Shown: piece after piece, positions 37,025-48,026 of the stretch
Layout of the letters: the number at the start of each line of letters is the position of its first letter
Position numbering within the stretch: position 1 is the first letter of the stretch
Assembly: GCA_963921275.4 (NCBI GenBank)
Contig: OZ001293.3
Location: 3,648,001-3,712,000, forward strand
DNA from: an uncultured Hormoscilla sp.
Lineage (GTDB): Bacteria > Cyanobacteriota > Cyanobacteriia > Cyanobacteriales > Desertifilaceae
Length of the DNA stretch: 64,000 bases
Direction of reading: 5' to 3'
The notes under the pieces: model-generated
The model's input: only the letters and a program-made list of their open reading frames with translations
Told to the model about the DNA's origin: nothing
Database searches by the model: none
Position numbers and translations under genes: made by a program

Positions 37025-38272
37025 GAGTGTAATGGTCAGTGACAGTTTGGCCTTATCAACCGGTGCCTGACAGAGTGAGGGAAATATCAGGGAGTCAAGT
37101 CAGTCTCGGACCAGCAGGACGCCACGGAAAGACCGGTGACAGATAAATTCATCCCGTGATGACCTCCTGGTGAATGGGACAAATCAAATGGATAATAAAA
37201 ACTGGATTTTTTTTCCACAATAGTCCGGACAGTTTTCATGTCATTGGGTGAAACCGGAATTCAACCGTCTGTGATGGGGACCATCTGGTGAGGGAGAAAT
37301 CCACATTCAAATGGGTGTCACTAAAAAAATGTCCTCTCGTTAGTTTACCATTATGTTATATAATTTTCCCTCGCAAGCCGGAGGGTACTTGTGCAACCCT
37401 TGATAAAACCCTGACTGGGTAAGGGTTTCATCTCTGGCCTATGTAACCACTTAGGATTTAGAGGTTGTTTGAAAAGTCAGAGTTGCTACTTTGACCAGAC
37501 TTAGATTCAAGGCAAGAATCAGGCTTTCAGCAACTCAGTCTGTCGCGGTACCAAAAAGTACTTTTACTTAGACTAGCCTCATTGCACAGTTGTTGTTCCT
37601 TTAGCCCTTGAGCAGATAATGACGGAATTGATGAACCCTGAAGAAAAGAAAAACCCTTGCAATGCTTGAACAGCTCCCACAAGCTCATGCAATTAATTTT
37701 GTCCTATTACTTATTGAGGTGATCGTCCCTGGTGCCGAACTGGCTGCCTGCCCCTCCGAGGTACTATTAGGGATCTAACCCACTTTCCGCACGACAAGTT
37801 GTAAGATATTATGTAATACGTAATTTATCGGTCAGATTACTATTGCACGACTTTTTGTAATAGGTACTATATCTGAGAATTTAGCAAATGGGACGTATAT
37901 GTATTTATACGGATATGAGTTGTTAACTTCGTAAAATCACAATGGGTTTGTCATCATTACGTAATAGGTTTTGTCCTGGGGAATGTAGGATCTAAAATTA
38001 ATGCGAGAGCAACTTTCAAGTGGGAGCTCGATGGCAATATTGCACTTATGCAAGTCCATGTACTTACTGCGCAACAGTGAGTACATCAATTCTTCCGATG
38101 GCCATTGACTTGTTCCATTCACCACGCAGCTATCACTGGATGAAGAGATTTGTCACCGGTTATAAAGTGAAGTCTTGCCGGTTCGAGACTGACTTGACTC
38201 CCTAGATCTAAATTTCACTCGCTCTGTCAGGCACCGATTGATAAGACCCAAGTGTCACTGACCATTACACCC
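37025..38272. mobile_element. Non-autonomous 1.25-kb element with ~50-bp TIRs and a 9-bp TSD (IS256/pMULE-like ends)
   Basis: G(A/G)GTGTAATGGTCAGTGACA..GGTGCCTGACAGAG at both ends; TSD CCGATAGCC; no transposase inside. Confidence 0.8.
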
Positions 38273-38301
38273 CCGATAGCCAGTCTCTGTGAACTTTTGT
38301 C

Positions 38302-38413
38302 GGCGTTGCACAATAACGGGATGATGAGTATAGTTGCAATAGTTTTAAACCTAGACTACAAGCGACTTTCAGTTATGTGCAAAAAGAGTATCATCCCCAA
38401 AATGTGCAACGCC
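38302..38413. mobile_element. 112-bp MITE
   Basis: TIR GGCGTTGCACA; 8-bp TSD CTTTTGTC; interrupts the IS66 transposase tail. Confidence 0.85.
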
Positions 38414-39004
38414 CTTTTGTCTTTGGCTGGTCGCGGTCCACCACCGATTGCAATTGACTTAAAACTTCTCGGGCTTGAAATAATTTCGTTTTCTTCAAGC
38501 CCTACTTTTTGCGAGTCGCGGTCCGCGACCGATTGCAAAAACTTTCTCGGGCTTGGGATATCTTTCTGCCTTGTTCTATTCAAGCCCCAGTTTTTGCTGG
38601 TCGTGGATTGTCACCAATGGCAATCTATTTAATACCTTAGAGGACTTGTAATTTATCTCTTTTTTCCTTTCGCAACAAGCCCTAATTGTTGCTGTGAGTA
38701 GTTACCAATAATTGAACTATTTAAATAGCTGATAACTCAGATAATTTATTCTAATATATTGATAGTCAAAATGTTATATTGTCCTCTTAAAAAAAGCCGA
38801 TTAAGAGAAGGTTTGAATATCGTGTCACTACATATTTATTACTACCCCTTGCTCTTTCTACTTTAACTCAATTTTCTTGTTTTGGGGCAGATTTTCTTGA
38901 TTTTTTCTGATTATAAATACTCAAATTTTGCACCTGTACTACACTTGTGGCCAGTTTGTGTATTGCGGATATACTACAATCTGTCGTGCGGAATGTGGGT
39001 TTGA

Positions 39005-39620
39005 ATATGAACGGCCGATGTCACGGCATACAAGCGTTGATAGCCAGTTTTGAGGTAGCGACGGGCAAGGTAATCTGTCCGTCAGTGGGACCTACCCGCA
39101 CTGAAGAAGATTTTGCAGCGCAGATCCGCGCTACTGTAGAAACAGACCCCCAAGGTCAATGGGTATTCATTTGCGACCAATTGAATACCCGACGCCCACA
39201 AATCCGAAACCCTGGTTAAGATTGTTGCTCAGTTGTGCGGCATTGAAGATGAATTAGGTTTGAAGGGAAAATCCGGCATTCTTCAAAACATGGCGAACCG
39301 TGCGACTTTTTTGCAGAATCAAAGCCATCGTATCCGCTTTGTTTATACCCCCAAATATTGCTCATGGCTAAACCAGGTGGAAATGTGGTTTGGCATAAGA
39401 ACTCGCCGGTTGCTCAAAAGCGGCAACTTCACGTCGATGTCTCCTGGGTAGTGCTTTTAGCGCTCGGCGTCTCTCGGGAGCGCTAAAAGCACTCCCGAGA
39501 GACGCCGAGCCCCAGGAGACATCGAAGCTTGAAGAACTCAAACGTCGTATTCTCGCATTCATTGAGTTCTTTAATCATACCTTGGCCAAACCGTTTCGTT
39601 AGACTTATATCCCACTTTCT
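39005..39620 (+). pseudogene. IS630-family transposase 3' fragment
   Basis: LIASFEVATGKV, FICDQLN, VYTPKYCSWLNQVEMWF. Confidence 0.8.
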
Positions 39621-40048
39621 GCACTACAATTTTAGTATATATACTACACAATTTATCAACTAGATTACTATTGTGCTACTTTTTGTAATCCGTACTAGCT
39701 CTGATAATTTAAGAAACAGGAAGTATATTTATTTATACGAATATGAACTTTTCGGTTCGTAAAATCACAAGCTATTTGTCATCATTACGTCAAACATTTG
39801 TCCGTGCGGAATGTAGGTTCTATCGGTAAGCCGTTGCTGATCTAAGTTAAGCTGTGATGCATTTATAGCATTTCTCAGAGTTATGAGGTAGAATATAGTA
39901 AGCCTTGCAGGAGTCTGGCAGCGATTTTTGCTCAAACCATTACCCTGCAAGGGTTTGAGCCGCAGGTGCTCGGGAGAGCGATATTTGCACAAATGATGCC
40001 CGGCTCGCTATAATAAAAGTAAGTTCAAAAAGAAGTGTTAGGAAAGCG

Positions 40049-40933
40049 ATGAAACCATATTCAATAGACTTTAGACAAAAACTAATAGAAGTTTACGAAC
40101 AGGAAAAGACATCTATTCGTAAATTAGCTCAAGGTTTTCGGCCAAGAGTTTTATTCAAAACTTTATTAAGCAATATAAAGAAACAGGCGATATTAGACCC
40201 AAACGTCGGTAGTCCACCGACTAAGTTGAATAGTGAGCAATTAGTTAGTTTAGTAGAAATTATGGAGACTAATAATAATGCAACGCTTGAAGAGTTATGT
40301 GAATTGCTTTATGAAAAAACGTGGGCGAAAATGGGAATAATTACTCAAAAATTAAACTCAAAAAAAAACTTTGCACAGAAAAAGAACGATATACTTGAAA
40401 AAAGAGTAAAATATGGGGAGACATTAACCCTAAAGACTTATTATTTGTGGATGAATGTAAATTTAGCACTGGATGTATGGTAGAAGTTTAAAAGGAGAAA
40501 GGGTCAGAGAGAGTAAACCTCAAAAAAGAGGAAAAAATGTTTCATTAATTGGTGCTTTGTCATTAGAAAAAGTAGTAGCTATAAGATAATTTTACGGCGA
40601 TAACTTTTGAAGCTTTTATAGTAATAGATTTAGTACCGCAGGAAAAATGCTGTGTAGTCATGGATAATGCTAAAATTCATCAAGATAAAATGGTTCGAGA
40701 AGCTATTGAAAAAGTAGGCGCCAAATTAATTTATTTATCTCCTTATTCTCCTTTTCTCCAATTGAAAACTTTTGGTCTAAAGTTAAAGCTTTTTTAAGGA
40801 AAGTTAAAGCAAGAACCTATAAAGATTTAATCGAGGCAATTGCAGATGCTATTCTACAGGTAAGTCAGCCAGGTATTCACAATTGGTTTGCTCACTGCTG
40901 TTACTGTACCTCATGACTATGAGAAACGCTATA
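40049..40933 (+). pseudogene. IS630-family element (heavily frameshifted)
   Basis: MKPYSIDFRQK, ATLEELC, VMDNAKIH, LSPYSP, IENFWSK; end GAGAAACGCTATA. Confidence 0.85.
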
Positions 40934-41221
40934 AATTGCATAGTCCAAAATGGGGCAGGCTGGGTGGCGAGCGCCGCTTATGGGTAGAGGGTTCCCAAGA
41001 TTTTATCGGCAGCCCGAATATGCAGTTTAGAGGCGCGACAGCTTATCGGTGTTATTTGCGGTGTGGTGTACTAGTAGATGAAACTCGATACGAGTTAAGA
41101 CGACGAGTGATGATAATGGTAAATCTTGAGAGAGCCTGATTCATTCTTGAGATGCTCCCATAAATTCCCCCATCTTGATGGTAGATTCTGTAATCTTATT
41201 AATTGCTGTCTCATCTGCTAC

Positions 41222-42112
41222 CTACTTTCCCTCATCTAACAGATACTCCAGAAAAGTCTCAGCCACCACAGACAGCTGTTTGCCACTGGGATAAACCACA
41301 TGCCAATAACGTTCGATCGGAAAACCTTCTACATCCAGGATAGTCAGCCTACCAGTACCACATTGCAAGGCTAGGGTATGCTTCGATAATACTGATATTC
41401 CCAAACCACCCACGATCGCCTGTTTGATCGCCTCATTACTCCCCAACTCCAGCCTCACCTTGACAGAAACATTATGCTCGCGGAATAATTTTTCCACTGC
41501 CCTGCGTGTACCCGATCCTGGTTCTCGCATGATAAACGGTGAGTCCCTCAGACGTTCTAGGGGAATATTTTTTTCCTCTGCTAGGGGATGATTTCCGTCT
41601 GCCAACACCACCAAAGGATTTTCCAAGAATTTGTGACTCACTAGGTCAGTATTTTCCGGGACTTGACTGAGAATATACAGATCGTCTAAATTATCATTCA
41701 TTCGGGACCGCAGACCGTCATGGTTAGTTACCTGCAAGGACACGTCAATACCGGGGTAACGCTGACAAAACGGTCCTAACAAACGCGGCACAAAGTATTT
41801 CGCCGTGGTAATCACCGTTAGTCGCAATTGTCCCTGCTTTAGACCTTTGAGATCCGCCACCGCCATCTCCAACTGGGATAACCTGTCGAAAATATCCCGG
41901 CAGGCGGCAAACAGTTCTTCACCGGCGTTTGTCAGAAACAGGCGTTTACCGACTTGCTCGAACAGCGGCAAACCCACGGTTTTGGTCAACTGCTTCACCT
42001 GCATGGAGATGGTGGGTTGGGTTAAATACAGTTCCTCGGCAGCCCGGGTGAAACTGCCGTGGCGTGCTGCGGCCTCAAATACTTTTAACTGGTGGAGTGT
42101 TGCCTGCTTCAA
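41222..42112 (-). CDS. CbbR-type LysR regulator (CmpR/NdhR-like)
   Basis: ATLHQLKVFEAAARHGSFTRAAEELYLTQPT, REPGSGTR, GSNEAIKQA; next to the CO2-uptake genes; TTG start. Confidence 0.88.
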   Translation of the reverse strand: MKQATLHQLKVFEAAARHGSFTRAAEELYLTQPTISMQVKQLTKTVGLPLFEQVGKRLFLTNAGEELFAACRDIFDRLSQLEMAVADLKGLKQGQLRLTVITTAKYFVPRLLGPFCQRYPGIDVSLQVTNHDGLRSRMNDNLDDLYILSQVPENTDLVSHKFLENPLVVLADGNHPLAEEKNIPLERLRDSPFIMREPGSGTRRAVEKLFREHNVSVKVRLELGSNEAIKQAIVGGLGISVLSKHTLALQCGTGRLTILDVEGFPIERYWHVVYPSGKQLSVVAETFLEYLLDEGK

Positions 42113-42367
42113 GTTCCCTTCTCCTCAAAGGAGCCTTAACTATATATATTACTCTATCATATTTTCCCTCAATAAGCATTTTATTTATCGAAAATCCTTC
42201 CTGAATTCCGTTGGACTACAAATGTAGAGAGATGGCCCACCAGATACACGGCTACGCCTGCGCTACCGGTAGTGATAACGGCACAAGTTGTGTAAGTACT
42301 CAATAGTAAAATCTATGCATTTAATAATCTTTACTCTATGCTCTCCAGGATCTTTACTCAGTTGCTG

Positions 42368-42517
42368 TGGACATATTCACTCTTTTGCCCAGAAACCAGG
42401 TATATGAGAAAAACCTGGTTTCTTAATTCTTGCTATTAACTATGGACATATTCACTCTTTTGCCCAGAAACCAGGTATATGGGAAAAACCTGGTTTCTTA
42501 ATTCTTGCTATTAACTA
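42368..42517. repeat. Two tandem copies of a 75-bp unit containing an AGAAACCAGG..CCTGGTTTCT hairpin
   Basis: Near-identical units downstream of cupB; related hairpins at ~676-713 and ~24931-24968. Confidence 0.8.
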
Positions 42518-42535
42518 TCAACTATTCGGATGTAG

Positions 42536-43663
42536 CTAGCTGTTGACTATCTGCAAGCGAGAGGTGATAAAGCGATCCATCCAATTTTCCAGGTAAACTC
42601 GGTTTGCTTGCTGTTGTTGGGGATCTTCTGTATCCAGGGGATAAGGTGCCAGTCCTTTGATCCCTGCTGTGGTTACGCAAAACATTGATTTCTGGAAACT
42701 CTGGCAAATCTTTACTCGCAAATCATTTTCTCCCCTACCCGATCGCCGATAAAACTCCTGTAGATATTCTGGCAGATAATGGCGCATATCCTGCATCAGC
42801 AATGTCGGAGGAATGCCTGCACCTCCGATCGGCAAGGGATCGGCATATAAAGCACCATAGCCAAATTCGGCTTGATTTTGAGGAATTTGTTGAGCTTGAG
42901 CGTTGTAAGAAACTGTACCCAAGAAAGGTGTTCCTCGGAAGAATATCGTATCCACATAGGGGACTGCTACATCTGGCAGAAATGTCATCCCTGCGGCTTT
43001 GGGAATGATATCATAATCGTCACCCTTAATCGTCACTGTGTAGGTAATTGGTTTTGCCGCATCTGCCACTAAACCTGCTAGGATATGCTGTACTACTTCC
43101 GGGATTGACTTTATTTCTCCTCGGTCATAGCGATCGGACAGTGATATAAATATATCGCTCATTACCCGCCAGAACTGACCCAAGGCACTATAATATACCA
43201 TCTGCCGTACCTGTTCTAGCTGAAATTCGGGAAATAGCTTGTGCAGTCCCAGCATCAACCAATTTCCCTTAAATTTAGCCTCGATCGCTAATGCTGCTGC
43301 TCGGGTAAATTCCGGGCTATCTAGGTACTCATCCAGGGCCCCACCGCCGTGCCATAGCATTACTCGCATCACGTACTCGGCATACTCGTAGTTAATCCGA
43401 TCGTGCCACCAATGGCGCAGCAACTTTTTGAATGATATGTCCCCGTCGCAGTATTTGAAGAAGGGAAACAAGGCTAAAAATTGATTTTGGGCAATGTATA
43501 TCAGGTTATTGGAGTAGGCGTCCAGCACGACGCCGTAGCTATAAAGAATTCCCACTACTTCCAATACATTATCTGGCGAATCTGACAGTAAATTGCCACC
43601 CGCTTCCATAATGTTAATATAGGCTGCCAGGGGATGTTTTGATGGTTGAATGTTTTTTGTCAT
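42536..43663 (-). CDS. cupB: CO2 hydration protein of the constitutive NDH-1(4) complex
   Basis: 375 aa; HPLA..EVVGILYSYG..WWHDRINYEYAEY..GTVSYNAQA..GIPPTLLMQDMRH. Confidence 0.9.
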   Translation of the reverse strand: MTKNIQPSKHPLAAYINIMEAGGNLLSDSPDNVLEVVGILYSYGVVLDAYSNNLIYIAQNQFLALFPFFKYCDGDISFKKLLRHWWHDRINYEYAEYVMRVMLWHGGGALDEYLDSPEFTRAAALAIEAKFKGNWLMLGLHKLFPEFQLEQVRQMVYYSALGQFWRVMSDIFISLSDRYDRGEIKSIPEVVQHILAGLVADAAKPITYTVTIKGDDYDIIPKAAGMTFLPDVAVPYVDTIFFRGTPFLGTVSYNAQAQQIPQNQAEFGYGALYADPLPIGGAGIPPTLLMQDMRHYLPEYLQEFYRRSGRGENDLRVKICQSFQKSMFCVTTAGIKGLAPYPLDTEDPQQQQANRVYLENWMDRFITSRLQIVNS

Positions 43664-43688
43664 TTCCCTGATTTGACGATCGACGGGG

Positions 43689-45158
43689 TTAGAGATTGGC
43701 AAATGATGTGACTATAGAATTGGTTGTCACTTCACTCAAATGTACTACCCAGCTTGGCTGAATTCCTAATATGACGATCGCCGCTGCTAGGGCGATCGCC
43801 GGGAGATGGTCGGACCACTGCACTGGCGGCAAGTTTTCTACCATCTGGGACAAGCGTCCGAAGAAGGCCCGGTTCACCAACAGCAAAAAGTAGACAGCGG
43901 TTAACCCCGTACCCACCATGCACAGCAGGGTTTGAGTGGGGAATATGGGAAAACTGCCCCGAAACACTAAAAATTCTGAAATAAAGCCTACCATGCCGGG
44001 GATGCCTGAACTGGCCATGACGCTCAAAATCATTAAACTGCCAGTCACGGGCAAACCCCGTTCTGGGTTGAGGAGTCCTTTGAGGGCTGTGATATCCCGA
44101 CTACCAGTTTTCTTATAGACTACGCCCACCAAGATAAACAGCAGCCCTGATATTAATCCGTGGCTGATCATTTGCAGGACTGTTGATAATAAGCTGAGGG
44201 GGGTGGCGGCGGCACCAGCTAACAGTATATAAGCCATGTGGGCAATGGAGCTAAAGGCGACCATTTTTTTCATGTCTGTTTGGGCGATCGCGCTCAAGGC
44301 CCCGTACAGGGCGCTGACCACGGCCCAAGTTGCCAACCAGGGAGCTAAATTAGCCCATGCATCTGGAAATAGTTCTAATCCAAATCTGAGCAGACCGTAA
44401 GTTCCCAGCTTCAACAATACTCCAGCGAGCAGTACCGAAATTGGTGTACTAGCTTCTACATGGGCATCTGGCAACCAGGTATGGAAGGGCACTAGGGGAA
44501 TTTTAATCCCAAAGGCCACCAGTATCCCCCCTAGCAGCAGCAGTTGGGTTCCCAGGGGTAAAGCTGCCGCCATCTGCGGGTTGTAGGCAAAGCTGTTGGC
44601 ACCAGAAAGCCAGACGAGGCCCAAAAATGACGCTAGCAGGAAAATTCCCGATACTGCGGTATAGATGAGAAACTTGGTTGCTGCATAGCCTCGGCGCTTG
44701 CCCCCCCAGATGGCGATCAAGAAATATAGGGGGATGATTTCTATCTCGTAGAACAGGAAAAACAGCAGGTAATCCTGGGCTAGGAATGCACCGGCTACGC
44801 TGGCATTCAACAGCAGGACGAGTACGTAATAGAACCGGGGACGACTGATTTCCGAGTCCGTACAGAATAGGGCGATCGCCGTCAGCAGACCGTTGAGCAC
44901 CAATAAGGGGAGTGACAGACCATCTACTCCCAGACTGTAGCTCAGACCCAGGGCCTCTATCCAGGGTATGGACTCTGTAAATTGCAACTCCGGGATCGTC
45001 CGGTCAAACTGACTTAGCAGCACGATCGTCCAGATAAAGACGCTGATGGCAACGAACAGCGCTATGGAACGCGATCGCCCGGGACTGAGGGAACCGGGCC
45101 AGAACCCGAGCAAAACGGCACCTATTACCGGCACCCATATCAAACCACTACTGAGCAT
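43689..45158 (-). CDS. ndhD4: NAD(P)H dehydrogenase subunit D4
   Basis: NuoM-type membrane protein (GVDGLS, FHTWLPDAHVEA, LKLGTYG, LLNPERGLP) directly upstream of cupB. Confidence 0.9.
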   Translation of the reverse strand: MLSSGLIWVPVIGAVLLGFWPGSLSPGRSRSIALFVAISVFIWTIVLLSQFDRTIPELQFTESIPWIEALGLSYSLGVDGLSLPLLVLNGLLTAIALFCTDSEISRPRFYYVLVLLLNASVAGAFLAQDYLLFFLFYEIEIIPLYFLIAIWGGKRRGYAATKFLIYTAVSGIFLLASFLGLVWLSGANSFAYNPQMAAALPLGTQLLLLGGILVAFGIKIPLVPFHTWLPDAHVEASTPISVLLAGVLLKLGTYGLLRFGLELFPDAWANLAPWLATWAVVSALYGALSAIAQTDMKKMVAFSSIAHMAYILLAGAAATPLSLLSTVLQMISHGLISGLLFILVGVVYKKTGSRDITALKGLLNPERGLPVTGSLMILSVMASSGIPGMVGFISEFLVFRGSFPIFPTQTLLCMVGTGLTAVYFLLLVNRAFFGRLSQMVENLPPVQWSDHLPAIALAAAIVILGIQPSWVVHLSEVTTNSIVTSFANL

Positions 45159-45377
45159 TTACTCTTGTAGCTCCTTTCTTGAAATTCATCTTTTGGTTAA
45201 CCACCTATCCGACCATGACAGGCGGGGACGATCATCGGACGGTGACAAGCGTCTCGCCTGTCGGGCGGTGACAGGTTTCTCGCCCGTCCTACGGATTTTA
45301 CGCGGTATAGGTTTAATTTTTCCAATCCTACCTCTAATCGATCGCCCGCTCTCAAAGATAAAAATTATCTCAAAATA

Positions 45378-45818
45378 TTAATTATCTGCTTCTGGCAACC
45401 AATCTTCATCTAACACCAGAGCGAGGGCATAGGGACAGTCTTCTGGGAATACTTCTAGTGGCATTTCTGTCTGTTTGGCAGCTTGGCGACGCGCCCGTTG
45501 ATAACTTTGTTTTAGCTGATCTGCTGGATAGCTTCTCAGACTGGGACTATCGGCGATCGCCAGATATATCTGAGTCCTAGCATCGGTAATGGAATCTAGC
45601 CAGCTATCCGATCGACGCTGAGGTTGATATTGCCACTTTAACAGATGTAGCAGCAGGCGAGTCAATTGGCTGGCCACTCCTCGCCGTTCGCTCTTCCCCA
45701 AGTCTTCAACCTCCTCTATCAGATGCTGTAGGTCAAGATCGTGCCAGCGACGCGATCGCAAGAGTTGGGCTGTCTGTTGTACCCACTCATTAAAGTCAGT
45801 TGTGTAGGTTGTCTCCAC
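45378..45818 (-). CDS. DUF29-family protein
   Basis: YTTDFNEWVQ..DLQHLIEEVEDLGKSERR..LLHLLKWQYQP..SWLDSI..SPSL..FPEDCPY. Confidence 0.9.
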   Translation of the reverse strand: METTYTTDFNEWVQQTAQLLRSRRWHDLDLQHLIEEVEDLGKSERRGVASQLTRLLLHLLKWQYQPQRRSDSWLDSITDARTQIYLAIADSPSLRSYPADQLKQSYQRARRQAAKQTEMPLEVFPEDCPYALALVLDEDWLPEADN

Positions 45819-45867
45819 GATTTGACTGTTATGATTTACAATGAAGCTATGATATCATTTTGCCGAC

Positions 45868-46543
45868 ATGACTGTTACCCTGATTGACGAGTATTTAGCC
45901 TCCTAGTCCCCCGGTTTCAAAAAGATTGAGTTAATGGACGGAAAGCTGATTGTGGGCGATCGCCTGGCCCACAGTCGCCTGTTACTGAGTCATATTCTCC
46001 GGGGCTGGGGTACGGAAGCTGTGGTAGCATTAGCACTGGAATTGCTCTGGTGGCAGGCCCTAACCCATAGCTTTGATGCACCGATGATAACTGCCGAAGA
46101 TGCAGCGATGGGCAGCAGAGGTTACTTTCGATCCCTCTATTCCTCAGCATGGCGAGACGTGGTGCTGGACTTATTCCCAACTGCGGCAAAGTCTGTACCT
46201 GTCTCTGTTTGGCTTGGGTATGCGATCGCATCAACTAGGGCGTACTCTCGGTGGCGGTTTTGTCAATAAGTTAGATCCAGATGCCGTGATGCCAGATGTT
46301 TTGTTTTGGCGAGGAGAACCGCGCAACCGCTTGTAGGAATATTATCTGGACGGACCCGCCGAACTGATTGTAGAATTTATCCAACCGGGCTGTGAGGAGT
46401 ACGTGCGTCAGGTGAAGCGATCGCGCTACCGAGCAGCAGGAGTACCGGAATTTTGGATTATAGATCCCGAACATCAGCAGATGGAACTGCTGCGCTTGGT
46501 TGAGGGTAGCTACCAGCGACAAACTCTTGATGAGGATGAATAA
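45868..46543 (+). pseudogene. Uma2-family endonuclease pseudogene
   Basis: MPDVLF..GPAELIVEF..YRAAGVPEFWIIDP with internal stops. Confidence 0.75.
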
Positions 46544-46878
46544 GTCCGGAGTGCGGTTGCGCAGTTCCCCCCGGTGGCGAAACTCAGTCTCTAACCGCTG
46601 GTTGACTTGCTTGGTGCAATCGCCCCGCACCCCCAGATTATAAATAACGTGACCAGCACTATCTGCGGTGTCTCCTAGGTGGTGCGATGTCTTCTGGGAG
46701 CGCTAGTCGCACCACACTGCGGCGACATCCAGCGGCGCCGCAGTCGTTCCACCCAGCCTCCGCCTTCATGGTCCCCGAAGCCGTACACTAAGCTATCCCC
46801 CAATGCCACTATCTTCAGGGGATGATGAGCCGTTGGTGAATGCATCTGATTGCAAGAATGAGCCACTGACTTGTACAT
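46544..46878 (-). pseudogene. GDSL/SGNH hydrolase 5' fragment
   Basis: IVALGDSLVYGFGD..GGWVERLR..YNLGVRGD; short palindromic insertion at ~46665-46722; truncated against the Uma2 remnant. Confidence 0.8.
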
Positions 46879-47052
46879 GTAAATAGATCGTGTAAACTAT
46901 CTTTAGCTTCTTTACATTTGTACATCTTTAATGGTAGTCTGGCCATAGGCCAGGCCATGAGTGGCCCGATCGGTCACCAATCCCCAGTACCCAATACAGC
47001 CAAAGGGTGATAAACTAGATCCAGCAAGTCAATCAGAAAACCAGTTAATTCT

Positions 47053-47280
47053 ATGCGCAAGCGTTCTGTCGTTGATAGCGCTGAACTGATCGGTCGGAGC
47101 TCCGAACTGATCGGTGCGGCCTCCAATCGCTACCGGATTACCGTACAAGTGGCTCGCCGCGCCCATCGTCGGCGCTATGAAGATTTTGATAGTCTGGAAG
47201 AACCCAAGACGAAGCCTGTTCTCCAGGCTATAATCGAGATGTCTGACGAGTTAAGCGAACCGGAAATAATTCGAGAGTGA
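47053..47280 (+). CDS. rpoZ: RNA polymerase omega subunit
   Basis: [37 protein letters not shown]. Confidence 0.9.
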   Translation: MRKRSVVDSAELIGRSSELIGAASNRYRITVQVARRAHRRRYEDFDSLEEPKTKPVLQAIIEMSDELSEPEIIRE

Positions 47281-47403
47281 ATAGTGACCACCTACCATGC
47301 CGTGACTAGCATAATTTCAGGCGATCATCATATCTGGCTAGATAGATGATCTAGCGCTAAGGGCACTAGCTGCTGCGCAGCACTTCGTCTAGCCAGCAAC
47401 GCC

Positions 47404-48026
47404 ATGAAACGCAAGGTCGCAACCATCATCCCGAAAATATGCAACACCATACTCTCAAGAACAGTTTACTACCCGCAGCAGCCCTGGCATTCGGGTTAAC
47501 CTTTGTCCGAACCAGTCCCTTTGATAGTTTCGGACAGGATCGGGCAGCAGCGCAAGTGCGGATCAGACCGAGTTAGGTTTGGCGCGTAGTCTATGAAAAA
47601 TTGCCAGACTTACCTAAAGAAAATCACTATCTCAGCAGGGAAACGGGTGAGGTGGATGTAGATAATACCTTAATCAGACGCATGCTCCGGTATCACATAT
47701 ACGTCAAAAGTCGCCTCCCTAATTATCGCTTAGATTGGAAGCTGACTCTGGCTGATTATCTAGATGCCAATGAAGTTATCAGTGAATCGATCTATCTGGG
47801 TCATGACCTGTTGCGCGAAAATCCCAGGGATGGAGATAAAGCGGCGATATCTGGCTTAAATAGACAACAGCGAGATGCTTTGGTCGAAGTGTTGGTGAGC
47901 ATCTATAATCCCAATTACTCAAGAGATCTGGCACCGAGGCAATCGCCAGCGCCTGATTGGGCACCTGTTCTGTCTCGACCGCCAGTTCAGCCTCAACCAG
48001 GAGACGCCCAACTATTAATACCTTAG
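47404..48026 (+). pseudogene. Conserved cyanobacterial hypothetical protein with a frameshifted 5' part
   Basis: VYEKLPDLPKENHY..TLIRRMLRYHIYVKSR..RLDWKLTLADYL; signal-like upstream region is out of frame. Confidence 0.55.

Larger units (their letters stand above)
33868..38705 (+). mobile_element. IS66-like element, copy 1, with three nested insertions (left end approximate)
   Basis: Transposase 35643..37024 plus tail (SSQNSSVPPS, VDET, LTSDCFSAY, QKCLAHL, DNNDAERALR); right end GCTGTGAGTAGTTAC. Confidence 0.8.

Noticed and set aside
37028..38269. Tn7/CAST-like TGT..ACA ends
   Set aside because: The TIRs extend three bases further (GAG/GGG) and the TSD is 9 bp rather than 5 bp.
42368..42517. 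Possible CRISPR array
   Set aside because: Two directly adjacent 75-bp units with no unique spacers and no cas genes.
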